In this document: positions 29,394 through 39,282 of the stretch, piece after piece | Numbering within the stretch: position 1 is the stretch's first letter | Layout of the letters: the number at the start of each line of letters is the position of its first letter | IMG/VR virus record: IMGVR_UViG_3300006173_000005 | Length of the DNA stretch: 64,000 nucleotides | Direction: 5' to 3' (one strand) | DNA from: an uncultured virus (IMG/VR IMGVR_UViG_3300006173_000005) | Lineage: Duplodnaviria > Heunggongvirae > Uroviricota > Caudoviricetes | Notes under the pieces: model-generated | The model's database searches: none | The model's input: the letters and a program-made list of their open reading frames with translations, nothing else | Told to the model about the DNA's origin: nothing | Program-made: the position numbers and the translations under genes

Positions 29394-30947
29394 TTAATGG
29401 GGTGCGACTACGCCGCGTGCATTACGCGCAGCTTCATCGGTATAACGTCCGGTTTTGGCGTCCCAACCCAAGTTGTTTGAGTGCCCTTGTTCCGAAACGT
29501 TGCCAGCAATAACATTGCCACCACTTAGAGCGGTGCGCAGAAGTGCGGCTTGTGGCTCATACTTAGGCCACGCGGCTTCTGCGGCAGATTCAATGTTTTC
29601 GAGTTTTTGTCCACCGTCCATGCCTGCCATCTGTGCGACGATGTACATTTTGAAATTGTCCGTCGCAGACGCAATTGCAGCCTTACCCTCTGGCTTGTTG
29701 ACATTCCATGAGGCGAAGCGCTTTGCGGCGGCAGCAGTAAGGGTATTGTCGAACTTCTCTTGAGCGTAAACAGCCAGTTGGCTTTCGCTAACCGAGTTAC
29801 GCTGTTGAAGTTCTGCAATAGCCTTCTTAAGCGCCGTTAGTTCGGCGACACTGGTTCCGCTAAATTCAGCGGCAGATTCCTTTGGCGCAAACTCTTTATT
29901 GTAGAGTTCTGCGCATGATTTCTTATGATCCATTGGCATCATTTCGTAAACTAAACCCGGCTCCATTTCACGCACGGTACATTCCGTGACGTGCTTGCGC
30001 TGCTCAGGTGTCATCATTCCGTGAAGTGCCGATGGAGCAGTCTTGGCAATTTCGGTAGCCATATCTCCGTCCATTTCTTGTACTCCTGTTTTCATTTCAC
30101 TCGTTGTCTCAAATTGACCACCCAACGCTTCAAGCGCAGCACGCTCAAACGGGGCAAAGTCGATACTTTCAAGTTCAAGTCCACTAAGACGCTGTGTGCC
30201 ATCGCCGTTGGTTTCAAAATGACCTTTTCCCCAAATGGAATTAGACAGCGTCGAACCAGCAGCCCTACGCTTCACAACCATCTGATGAAACGGCGTACCG
30301 GGATATATGTAACATTTCCCCCAAAGTGTGTCGCCAGATCGTTTTGCGCCAACCCACAGCCCTACATCGTCAGGAAACTCCCAACTTGAATTCTCTTCGC
30401 TAACATGACCCTTGCGTGCAGGTCTAGCCGAGGTGTTAACTTGCCTCTCTATTTCCCGTAACAAGTTCTCATCATATTTCAAGCCGTTATCAGAAACGGC
30501 GTTAAGTACAGCGAGTGGACGTACCACAAATAGAGGCTTTGCATCGCCCTCGGTGAGTTGCGTTTCGTTTACACTCGCTGAAACTGGCACATTAGGAAAT
30601 TGCCCACGAAAAGCAAAGTTAGGCGTAGATAAGCTAATTTCCTTAACCGAACTTGGTTCGTCGGGCTTCTTGCCAGAATGTAACCATGATTCGTAATAGG
30701 TAGCCTTATCTCCACTATAAAACTTATGTATCGCAACGCTAATTTTGGCTTTAACTGACGCCATATGCTCACTTGGAACCTGAGCTTTATTCCCCTCAAG
30801 ACCAGTGGCAATAGCTTGTACTGCAAGACGAGCGTGCTCTGCATCGCCAATCGGTAAATGCTTGCTACCATCGTCAGCAATATAGGCGTATTCAGTTTCT
30901 TGCACGTCATCAACATCATTGTCGATGTCTATGGCTGTAGTAGTCAT
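29394..30947 (-). CDS. Prohead protease/scaffold with N-terminal DUF6582-like domain
   Basis: KHLPIGDAEHARLA; VSDNGLKY, GH, SIWG, SIDF protease-like motifs; helical C-terminus. Confidence 0.7.
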   Translation of the reverse strand: MTTTAIDIDNDVDDVQETEYAYIADDGSKHLPIGDAEHARLAVQAIATGLEGNKAQVPSEHMASVKAKISVAIHKFYSGDKATYYESWLHSGKKPDEPSSVKEISLSTPNFAFRGQFPNVPVSASVNETQLTEGDAKPLFVVRPLAVLNAVSDNGLKYDENLLREIERQVNTSARPARKGHVSEENSSWEFPDDVGLWVGAKRSGDTLWGKCYIYPGTPFHQMVVKRRAAGSTLSNSIWGKGHFETNGDGTQRLSGLELESIDFAPFERAALEALGGQFETTSEMKTGVQEMDGDMATEIAKTAPSALHGMMTPEQRKHVTECTVREMEPGLVYEMMPMDHKKSCAELYNKEFAPKESAAEFSGTSVAELTALKKAIAELQQRNSVSESQLAVYAQEKFDNTLTAAAAKRFASWNVNKPEGKAAIASATDNFKMYIVAQMAGMDGGQKLENIESAAEAAWPKYEPQAALLRTALSGGNVIAGNVSEQGHSNNLGWDAKTGRYTDEAARNARGVVAPH

Positions 30948-32524
30948 AATGTCTCTCCGAACAATAGCCCTATAAATTTCTTACTAAGTGGCCCTATCCA
31001 ATCGGCGATAGAGGTCTTAGCATTCGATAGAGCTTGATTGATCTGCTCTCGTAGCGATAAGGTAATAGCATCTGGTTCATCCGCTACATTCCACCTAACC
31101 CCATCTATGCAGTGCGGGTGAAATGGCGGTAGATGATCGGGGTCTTTAATATCATACGGGCCATTCTTTTCCTCAATATCGCACTGATCGCAGCATTTAT
31201 GCTGGGGTGCAGTAAATGGGTTATAAGAAACCACGTAAGGATTTTTCTGCGCAGCAGCCCATCCTGCTCGACTACCCGCCGCTGATACTTCGGTTCGCGC
31301 TAGTCTCATTGGCTCATAGCGAATGGTTCCGGTTTCATCTGATGCTACACGTCCCGGTAGCAGAGAACTTTCAAGCTCACCAACCATCGTCTGAACAGAC
31401 TTTGACTGCTGGATGGCTTGCGTAATATACATATCCAGTTTACGGAACGTATCACCAGCCACATTCCATATGCTGTCCACAAGACGCTTTCCCCCACGTC
31501 CAACCCACAAATGAAGCGGATCAACCTTTGGCGCAAGCTGTTCGTGTACATGAGTTGCATACGGGTTAAGCGTTGCGTACTCAAATGCCCGTTGAAGGTC
31601 TTGTGGCATATGTTCACGCATGATACTAGCCTGCTGGTCAACCGCAATTGCAGCGGCTTGTCTCATTAGGGTGTATAGCGTTGCAAAGTACGGCGAATTA
31701 GGCGTCAATCGTCCGTGTTGCATCAGGTAGGGTTGTAGCGTCCCATCGGGTCGAGGCTTACCTAGAATGTAGCTACTCACTAGCGCGTACACCTGCTGGC
31801 GAATAGGTTCAATTCGCTCTAGGGGAATAATCCCCTTAGCACCACCATTCAACACGAGTAATTTGGCAATCTCAGCACTAATGGGAGCAAATACCTGATC
31901 GCGCATTACATTTTCGACCTGCGCAATATTATCTAGGCGCAATTCTTCATGAGACGCGCCAATGGCAGGTTTCATCTCATGAATAGAAGTGACCGTACTC
32001 GGCAAACGATAGCGACTATAGGTAAATCCAAGCGCTTGCGATAAATCGAATATTGCTAGATTGCGTGCTTCACGTTCGACTTTATAAGGGTTTAGTCCGT
32101 TATTCCCAAGTCGTGCCGTATAGCCAATCACAAGCTCATCGAACTGCTTTTCGATAGTTCGTGCTATTTGCTCAGAGGGCGCTTGGAAGTGCGCTTCATA
32201 CAACCACGCTTCACCATCAGGCGTGGTTCCGAATGCGCGAATAATCAACGCATTACGAGCGGCAAGGGCTAAGTCTTCACTTGAAAACGGCTTGCCGTGC
32301 GGATGCCCATGTGTAAGCAATCCGCCGCAAGCGCGATTAAGTTCTTGCAGGCTAAATGTAACCGAATCAATATCGCCAACCTTAGCGATAACCAGATTGC
32401 CCCACGTATCATAAAGCGCGGCGTGCTCTTGCTGTTTATCGTTCCAATAGCATTGTTCAAATCGCTGAATATCCTTTACGTGATCGGGCGCAGTAATCAC
32501 CTTGTACCTACTTCGCCTTCCCAT
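30944..32524 (-). CDS. MuF/head morphogenesis protein with N-terminal JAB/MPN-like domain
   Basis: RLARTE...CCDQC...PPFHPHC (MuF); EHA...THGHP...FSSED (JAB-like). Confidence 0.75.
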   Translation of the reverse strand: MGRRSRYKVITAPDHVKDIQRFEQCYWNDKQQEHAALYDTWGNLVIAKVGDIDSVTFSLQELNRACGGLLTHGHPHGKPFSSEDLALAARNALIIRAFGTTPDGEAWLYEAHFQAPSEQIARTIEKQFDELVIGYTARLGNNGLNPYKVEREARNLAIFDLSQALGFTYSRYRLPSTVTSIHEMKPAIGASHEELRLDNIAQVENVMRDQVFAPISAEIAKLLVLNGGAKGIIPLERIEPIRQQVYALVSSYILGKPRPDGTLQPYLMQHGRLTPNSPYFATLYTLMRQAAAIAVDQQASIMREHMPQDLQRAFEYATLNPYATHVHEQLAPKVDPLHLWVGRGGKRLVDSIWNVAGDTFRKLDMYITQAIQQSKSVQTMVGELESSLLPGRVASDETGTIRYEPMRLARTEVSAAGSRAGWAAAQKNPYVVSYNPFTAPQHKCCDQCDIEEKNGPYDIKDPDHLPPFHPHCIDGVRWNVADEPDAITLSLREQINQALSNAKTSIADWIGPLSKKFIGLLFGETL

Positions 32525-34257
32525 GTCCCGTAGCCAACGATTGACCAGGGATTAAAGCCCGGTTGACCATTATCCTGTAAGGTTACAGGATTGGGATACG
32601 GATAATCAGTTGTCCAGCCATCTCCATTGTCATCTGCTGGGAATGTAGACGCTTTGGCGGCATCCAAACGAGCCTGCTTAAGTTTGGCGTCATAGTCATC
32701 ATACTGAGGTCTACGCTGCGGCTCACCAGTCGCACGAGCGGTCACCGCCGCTGGATCATCCCATAATCCAGTCTTGGCGTTAAAGTCTTCATCGGTAATC
32801 TTTCCTGTGCTAGAAGCAAAGGTTAGATATTGATATTTAACAAGTTCATCCATTGCATCAATTTCAGGCCATTCAATTTTGACTGGCCCCACAACAATAG
32901 ATGGATTGAGCAACTTATAGGTGCGGAGCCAAATATCAAATAACTCAAGCAGACCACCGCGCGCTTCTGAGTGCAATTCATTGTCAGCGCCAATACCTTC
33001 GAGCAGCAGGCGACGATACTTAATGTATTTTACAAAGGGTGGTAACTGTGTCTCAGTACTCGCCTTAGACGAAGTAATTGCACCGCCCCAGATAAATTGA
33101 GGAATTCTCGTATGATTAAGCAGCAATAAAAATAGTTGATTAAGTGTATCGAGACTATCTTTAGTAAACCCAACCGGAGGCGCAACGAGCTTTACATCGC
33201 CACCTTTACCAAGCACGAGACCTGTATTTCGGTCAAAGCGAAGCAAATTTCGCGTTTGTGTATTGCCTTGCTCATCAATATACTGTTCTTGCGTGCTGTT
33301 GAGCGCCAATGATTCCTGTGGGTTATCCAGTCCGATAAACGCCGGAATGGGATTACCCATCATTGCCACGCCATCGGTAGTGCGAAACATTACATCGTCG
33401 TAGCGATACATAAGCGGGAGCGCTGCATCGTAAATAGCGCGTCCATGTACTTCATTTGGCCCCATGTCGGTAGCCAGATGAATCATTGGAATGCGACCAA
33501 TTAGATTTTCGTAGTGCTCCTCAACCGGAGGGCGACCATCATAGTATTTGATATACACTGAACGTTCGGTATCAGTATATACGTCCTGAACAATACTACC
33601 GGGATACTTGGTAGTTACCGTCACATCGAGGATTCGACGGAAATCAGATTTACTGTAATTGACATTAACGGTTTCAGGAGATGCGACACTAAGCGTACAA
33701 TCTGGATTAACGAATATGTATTGTTCGGCAAGGCTGTAAGAATCTACTACTGTATTTACAAGAAAACCTTCGTATCGCTCTACAAAACGCCTAAGTTGCA
33801 TGTTGGTATAGTCAATGGGACTGCCTGTAACCGCTGTGGTCTTCGCAGGTTTAACTACCGCTGCTGTTTTAAGCGCTTTGGTTGGCTTGCCATCCTCATG
33901 AACCGTTGTAGGCTTGTCGGGGGAAACTGTATCAATAAGCGAAACACTAATGCCACCAGAAAACGCATAAGAAGCAATAGTTTGCGCAATCGGCATACAA
34001 AATAGTCCGCCGATCTCAAGTCCGGGAGCCTTTCCGCGCCGAAGTGCATCGAGGAAGACATAATCGGGCCAACTTGTGTCTTTCGACAACAAGACGCGGG
34101 ATTGCCACATCGGTTTAACGAGCGTCCAAACCCCAATCATCTCAGCTACACGCTTGGTATAGCCCTTACTCAACCCACCAATAAAACGACCAACGCTCTC
34201 TGCGACGGTCAGTTTTTGTGGCTTTTTCGGTTGAAGTAGTAGAGACGGACTTGGCAC
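32497..34257 (-). CDS. Portal protein
   Basis: 586 aa before MuF; ENLIGRIPMIH, TRIPQFIWG, KIEWP motifs. Confidence 0.8.
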   Translation of the reverse strand: MPSPSLLLQPKKPQKLTVAESVGRFIGGLSKGYTKRVAEMIGVWTLVKPMWQSRVLLSKDTSWPDYVFLDALRRGKAPGLEIGGLFCMPIAQTIASYAFSGGISVSLIDTVSPDKPTTVHEDGKPTKALKTAAVVKPAKTTAVTGSPIDYTNMQLRRFVERYEGFLVNTVVDSYSLAEQYIFVNPDCTLSVASPETVNVNYSKSDFRRILDVTVTTKYPGSIVQDVYTDTERSVYIKYYDGRPPVEEHYENLIGRIPMIHLATDMGPNEVHGRAIYDAALPLMYRYDDVMFRTTDGVAMMGNPIPAFIGLDNPQESLALNSTQEQYIDEQGNTQTRNLLRFDRNTGLVLGKGGDVKLVAPPVGFTKDSLDTLNQLFLLLLNHTRIPQFIWGGAITSSKASTETQLPPFVKYIKYRRLLLEGIGADNELHSEARGGLLELFDIWLRTYKLLNPSIVVGPVKIEWPEIDAMDELVKYQYLTFASSTGKITDEDFNAKTGLWDDPAAVTARATGEPQRRPQYDDYDAKLKQARLDAAKASTFPADDNGDGWTTDYPYPNPVTLQDNGQPGFNPWSIVGYGTWEGEVGTR

Positions 34258-34360
34258 TGATCACCTGTATAAACAAATATAAGCACTCTGCCAATAATGG
34301 TAGGGTGCTCATACACAGTTGTACAGATGTCGCTTAGGCGTGTACGCTGTAGCGTGCTAG

Positions 34361-34675
34361 TTACGCTTCGACAATATCCCTAATGGCCTCGTGGGTGTAA
34401 GTAGCCTTACGTAAAGCAAACTTCCCATTGATTTTAACGGCGCGATTTTCAGCAATAAGGGCTACCATTGCAATCTCAATGGTTCGTTTACTGATAGACA
34501 ACACTTCCGCTATTTCGCTGGCGTATGGCCCCTGTCCATTGTGTGCTTTGGAGTAAAATGCGTAGACAAGCTCTACTTTATCACGAGTGCGAAGTCGATT
34601 ATCGGATAGTAGATTGAGCAGGTCGTCAGGAGGTTCCCAACGATCATACTGAGGCTGAAATGGCAATGCGGTCAT
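34361..34675 (-). CDS. Winged-HTH protein (LexA N-domain-like)
   Basis: HNGQGPYASEIAEVLSISKRTI. Confidence 0.6.
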   Translation of the reverse strand: MTALPFQPQYDRWEPPDDLLNLLSDNRLRTRDKVELVYAFYSKAHNGQGPYASEIAEVLSISKRTIEIAMVALIAENRAVKINGKFALRKATYTHEAIRDIVEA

Positions 34676-34979
34676 TTATATTTTTCCATCAACTTTTTCA
34701 TGAACAGATCATAATCCACTGGCGCTTGCTCTGCTATTTCGCAAACTTCGAGATAATGACGCCATGCCAACGAGATAACTTTGGCTTTTTCTCTGATGGA
34801 TTTCGATAATTCGGTTTCGGGCGGTGGTGTAAAATCGCTAAATTTTATGCCATCTGGTGTATATGGAATTTCGTTGATGGCATATCCAAATTGTGTGCCA
34901 ATAGGCGTATAACCAGTACACCAATATTGACAATTTGGACATCCGGCGGTTGTGAGTTCGCTACCACAATTCAAGCATT

Positions 34980-35507
34980 TCATTTTATCGCCACCAATGT
35001 AAAGTCTCTAATCGGAATATGATAGTGCCCCTGTTCAATCATTATACCATCTTGATTAAACCCGGCCTCTACTACGAGCTTAGTTAAGGTTTCTGGTGTA
35101 TATCCGTATTTGTGTCCCATAAGTGGATGGACGTAAGGTTCGCCATAAATGCCCTGAATTCCCATTTGCTCACGCGAATATCCCTCAGGAGGGTCGATGT
35201 AGCCGAGATAGACCCGACAACAATAATCCATGTTGGGTTGATCGAACTCAATTACGCCACCTTCGTCAAGTATCTCGTAGCACTCTTTAATTAAGATGAG
35301 TGCATCTTGGCGCGTAAGATGCTCTACGAAATGCGACATAAGTATAAAATCAAATCGCATCACCTTAATCGCATCTGGCAAAGGCGGAACCGTCGCTACT
35401 ACATCGGGATGGTTATCTGTATCGCCGTCGAGCATAATCCAGTCGCCACCCCAATGCCATGACCCGCTCCCTATGCACAACTTCATAGTCCGGTATTCCG
35501 TACCCAC
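34980..35507 (-). CDS. Class I SAM-dependent methyltransferase
   Basis: KLCIGSG, FDFILMSHFVEHL, ILDEGG. Confidence 0.8.
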   Translation of the reverse strand: MGTEYRTMKLCIGSGSWHWGGDWIMLDGDTDNHPDVVATVPPLPDAIKVMRFDFILMSHFVEHLTRQDALILIKECYEILDEGGVIEFDQPNMDYCCRVYLGYIDPPEGYSREQMGIQGIYGEPYVHPLMGHKYGYTPETLTKLVVEAGFNQDGIMIEQGHYHIPIRDFTLVAIK

Positions 35508-35914
35508 GATACATCATCGCCCAATTCGGCCCATTCTCGCTCAATGGCTTTCAATTCATCAGATCGCTCTTTAATTTGTTTGGCGGTTAAATCAAGACGC
35601 TCTTGCTCTTGACGCTTTATCAATTCGTCGTGTCTCCTCATCTGATTGGAGAGCAACATAGCCTTATCAAATTGCTCGTTTTTCATAGTCTCGCCTTACG
35701 CTCATCTTCTTCGTATTGCCACTGCGCTAACTCACACGCCTGTTGGTACTTCAAATTGATATTCTCTTGATTGTGGCGCTCGTTAAGCTCCCATTGTTCT
35801 CGCTCGTGGCGTCTAATAATTTCGCTTTTGGATACAGGTTTAACCTTTTGATACACAGTTGTCATCAAATCTGTTGCGCCTGTTACAAGCTTCCGATCTG
35901 ATGGTATTATCCAA

Positions 35915-36817
35915 TCAAATATTCGCATCAACCATAACCTCCAACCATTTATTTACCACTTTATCCGCTCTGTACTCACCAGCAATCTTTGAGCCGCGCT
36001 GCGCATCCTTAAACCGAACCTGCGAACTTTCCATTGCCGTTAGCGCATTGCACCATTCCTCAATCGAAGTCGCCATATAGTCAAGTCCAACTTCGACATA
36101 GGATAGTATCGGCGTACCAATTGTCGGCAAGCCCAACGACCAGCTTTTGAGTAGCTTGTTGGCACTTTTGCTCTCTACCCACTCTTTGCTCCATGCGCCG
36201 TCAAATACGTAGGGCATTACCGCAATGTCATGCTGCACCATGAGTTTATCGACAGTGGCTAAATCCCATTGCTTAAGCGTTACACCGCCAAGCTGTACTA
36301 AATTATCGCATATTTGCTTCGCTTGAGGATTGAGCAGATTAGTGATAATGGTCAACTCAACGCCAACCCAGCGACAAGCCTCTGCACACGCACGCACATG
36401 ATAAACGTTATCTGGACTTCCTGTCCATACCGCCGTGCGTAACATGTCTTCATGATGGGACTTAAATGGACTGGACTGCTCAGCGTCAAGGCAGTCTGGA
36501 ATAACAACCGAACCCGGTAGTTTCTGCTGCTTGTACCTTGTGTCTACGGTGATGCAGTCTACATCAGCAATGGGTAGCGGTATCATGTCATCTAGGTCAA
36601 ATATCACACGAATACCTTGACTGCGCCATTTGGCTATCTCAGCATCAAGGTTGTAGCGCTTTTGTACAACAACCACATGGGTATCGTTGCTGACCTCATT
36701 GAACGAAACCCGATGACCAAGTTTGGTAAGCTCATCGGCAACCTTGTAGACGCGAAGTCTACTGCTGGCTGCGCTTCGGTCACTCATTGGAAAGTAGGAT
36801 ATGTTCACAGTTGCCAC
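35915..36817 (-). CDS. Glycosyltransferase-like protein
   Basis: ASSRLRV, IFDLDD, KSANKLLKSWSLGLPTI. Confidence 0.75.
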   Translation of the reverse strand: MATVNISYFPMSDRSAASSRLRVYKVADELTKLGHRVSFNEVSNDTHVVVVQKRYNLDAEIAKWRSQGIRVIFDLDDMIPLPIADVDCITVDTRYKQQKLPGSVVIPDCLDAEQSSPFKSHHEDMLRTAVWTGSPDNVYHVRACAEACRWVGVELTIITNLLNPQAKQICDNLVQLGGVTLKQWDLATVDKLMVQHDIAVMPYVFDGAWSKEWVESKSANKLLKSWSLGLPTIGTPILSYVEVGLDYMATSIEEWCNALTAMESSQVRFKDAQRGSKIAGEYRADKVVNKWLEVMVDANI

Positions 36818-37076
36818 CCATTTTGTGCTGTCGCTTCTTCGAGTTCGGTACTATCCCACTCTTCTAGTTCGCTTTCGTATCGCCATTCGGTACGATGTTT
36901 TTCATAAATTTGCAATTCAATGGTTCGTATACCAAGATCGTTTCGGTAACACAAATTCGGTGATGTCAATAATGCCACGCATATATACCATCCTTCATCA
37001 CGAAACTCTTGCGCAACAGTAGTTTGTCCATAAAGTATACCGGGATTAGATTTCAATTGAACGAATAAATCTGACT

Positions 37077-38045
37077 TCATGCAACCTCCACTATGCTCAA
37101 TAGCTCTACCAATCGTTCACGGCAAGCATCAAAGCTAAACGTATTTTTTATTGCCAGATAGCCATCTTCTATTAACACCTTTCGATTTCCACGATTGATA
37201 TATTTATCAAAGCGGAATACGCCCTGATCGCCCTCAAATGGATCAATCAAAAATCCCGGTGCATCATCACACCAATTACTACCAAGTGTAGGTGTGCCAA
37301 CCATTGCTGCAAGAACTTGCTGTCTGCCGTAGCTGTGGCGCATATAAATATCGACGCAATATTGCGCCCGTGCCGTCAAATCAACCATTTCAGTAAACGG
37401 AATGTGTCCCAACCAAGTGCATTCAAGACCTGCTAAATCCGCATAACGCTTTGTCCATTCTCGCGCCGCCACATAAACGACACGTAGTTTAGTCATGCGT
37501 GATAACTCTTGGACTGCAGCCACATTGCACATCGTATTGGCTGGTGACATGCTATGATCGAGCGTAATAATATAATCCTCTTTAGGTAATTCTCGGAATG
37601 GCAGGAACCACTCTGTAGCCCCTATCGGAGAAGGAAAATAATGAGACTTTTTGCCAAGCAATGCACTATATACATTGCAGTCGGCTAGTGTGCGTCCACC
37701 AATAGCATCAGCAGCAAGCAGTTGACGATGAATGTTTAGCCACTCAGGATGGTCGAGTACAAGGTCAATGGGTGCATCAGGACACGCCAGCACATAGCAG
37801 GATGGATCAACCTGCTTAATCTGCTCAACATGGATGCTATCAGCAGTATGAAAAATGTTAACAATACAGACCTTCGCACTGCGTACCACGTCGGGCATAT
37901 TGCGAATGTCACTTGTGTTCCAGCGTATCCACTCAGAACCGACTATCTCTTGCCAGAGACCGACTGACACGGATGGAGATTTAGCTGGCATCCCCGAACT
38001 TTCCGATTCGCCCCAGACTAATACGACATCATTGAAGTTAATCAC
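37077..38045 (-). CDS. Glycosyltransferase-like protein
   Basis: HSYGRQQVLAAMVGTPTL degenerate GT-B C-terminal motif. Confidence 0.65.
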   Translation of the reverse strand: MINFNDVVLVWGESESSGMPAKSPSVSVGLWQEIVGSEWIRWNTSDIRNMPDVVRSAKVCIVNIFHTADSIHVEQIKQVDPSCYVLACPDAPIDLVLDHPEWLNIHRQLLAADAIGGRTLADCNVYSALLGKKSHYFPSPIGATEWFLPFRELPKEDYIITLDHSMSPANTMCNVAAVQELSRMTKLRVVYVAAREWTKRYADLAGLECTWLGHIPFTEMVDLTARAQYCVDIYMRHSYGRQQVLAAMVGTPTLGSNWCDDAPGFLIDPFEGDQGVFRFDKYINRGNRKVLIEDGYLAIKNTFSFDACRERLVELLSIVEVA

Positions 38046-38542
38046 CGTTTTATTGCGCTCCCTGCTACATTAACGCCATCGTTCATTTCGATTTCATAAC
38101 CCATTAGGCATTTAGTTTCATCAAACAATGACCGTAATCCATTATCAGAGTATCTAAAGTAATCCTTCGGGTACTCGTTTATCCCCCAATTGAACACGGT
38201 GACCACGATTAACAATCCGCTTGGTCTAAGAACCCTCGTCATTTCCGGTAATAATAACCAGGGTTTTTCAACGCAGTGGAGCATATTCCCACAAACAACC
38301 ACGTCAAAATATTCTGAAACTGGAAAACTATAAGGTTTGGATACTATATCAACATTAGGCCCCGGCTCAATATCCAAGCCCGTATAGCTCATGCCCAATC
38401 CATTGCAAAGCGCGCGGTAATCACCATTTATATTTCTGCTTCCCACATCGAGCACCTTTGGCGGAAACCTTGTTTTTGATAACAAAGGAAAAGGTATGCG
38501 CTTCAAATGCTTCTCCATGAACGCCATCGACTCAGTGTGCAT
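38042..38542 (-). CDS. Class I SAM-dependent methyltransferase (Methyltransf_11-like)
   Basis: VLDVGS, YTGLDIEPGPNVD, EMTRVLRPSG, YPKDYFR. Confidence 0.9.
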   Translation of the reverse strand: MHTESMAFMEKHLKRIPFPLLSKTRFPPKVLDVGSRNINGDYRALCNGLGMSYTGLDIEPGPNVDIVSKPYSFPVSEYFDVVVCGNMLHCVEKPWLLLPEMTRVLRPSGLLIVVTVFNWGINEYPKDYFRYSDNGLRSLFDETKCLMGYEIEMNDGVNVAGSAIKR

Positions 38543-38841
38543 TATTCATCTTCTCGCTTGCATATAGCAAATACGCCAACATTAGACACATACGACCCAA
38601 TAGAATATTGAAACACCCAATCGGCTCGTTTGATAAATCGAGGTAAACAGCACATTGGGTAAACTTCCTCACCAGAAATAGTTATCCAATCTTGTCCACT
38701 AGCTCTGGCCCATTCGCATCGACGTTCAATGTCATCAGCAAATGTAAAATGCTCAGGTTTCGGTTTATCTTTTGGTTCTTCAACCGATGCTGATTTACCT
38801 AGTAGCCAACTGATAATATTTGTCACCATTGGTTACAACTC

Positions 38842-39282
38842 CTACTCAACACCCAAACGAACAACCATTACCTCCCCCAAATTGATACCGCGCTGTGTAC
38901 CACTAATGCACCGCGTAACGTACACGTAGCACTTACGAGTAGCGCTGGTACTATATACGGGAATACTTAGGCCATGCGCTTCACTTACATACCAATTTCC
39001 AATATGGTCATGCTCAGGTTTTAGTCTAATGCTTCCCAAGAAGGATGACATGTCTGGTGAAAATCGTTCGCCGTCTACACTTGTAGACTTATCTGCAAAC
39101 AAATACAAATTCACCGTCACTGCTCGTGTGGTTAATATCACCACATCGGTCAACCTATCAGCAATACCGTTGGCAAGTGCTACAGGAGACGGTGTTAGTT
39201 CGCAAGCGCTGCCTAACTGCGAACCTTGCCCGTATTCGACCTGTGTAAGTTTTTGCGTGAATTGACAAATACGAAGCGTCAT
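38842..39282 (-). CDS. Hypothetical protein
   Basis: Coupled to terL stop. Confidence 0.6.
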   Translation of the reverse strand: MTLRICQFTQKLTQVEYGQGSQLGSACELTPSPVALANGIADRLTDVVILTTRAVTVNLYLFADKSTSVDGERFSPDMSSFLGSIRLKPEHDHIGNWYVSEAHGLSIPVYSTSATRKCYVYVTRCISGTQRGINLGEVMVVRLGVE

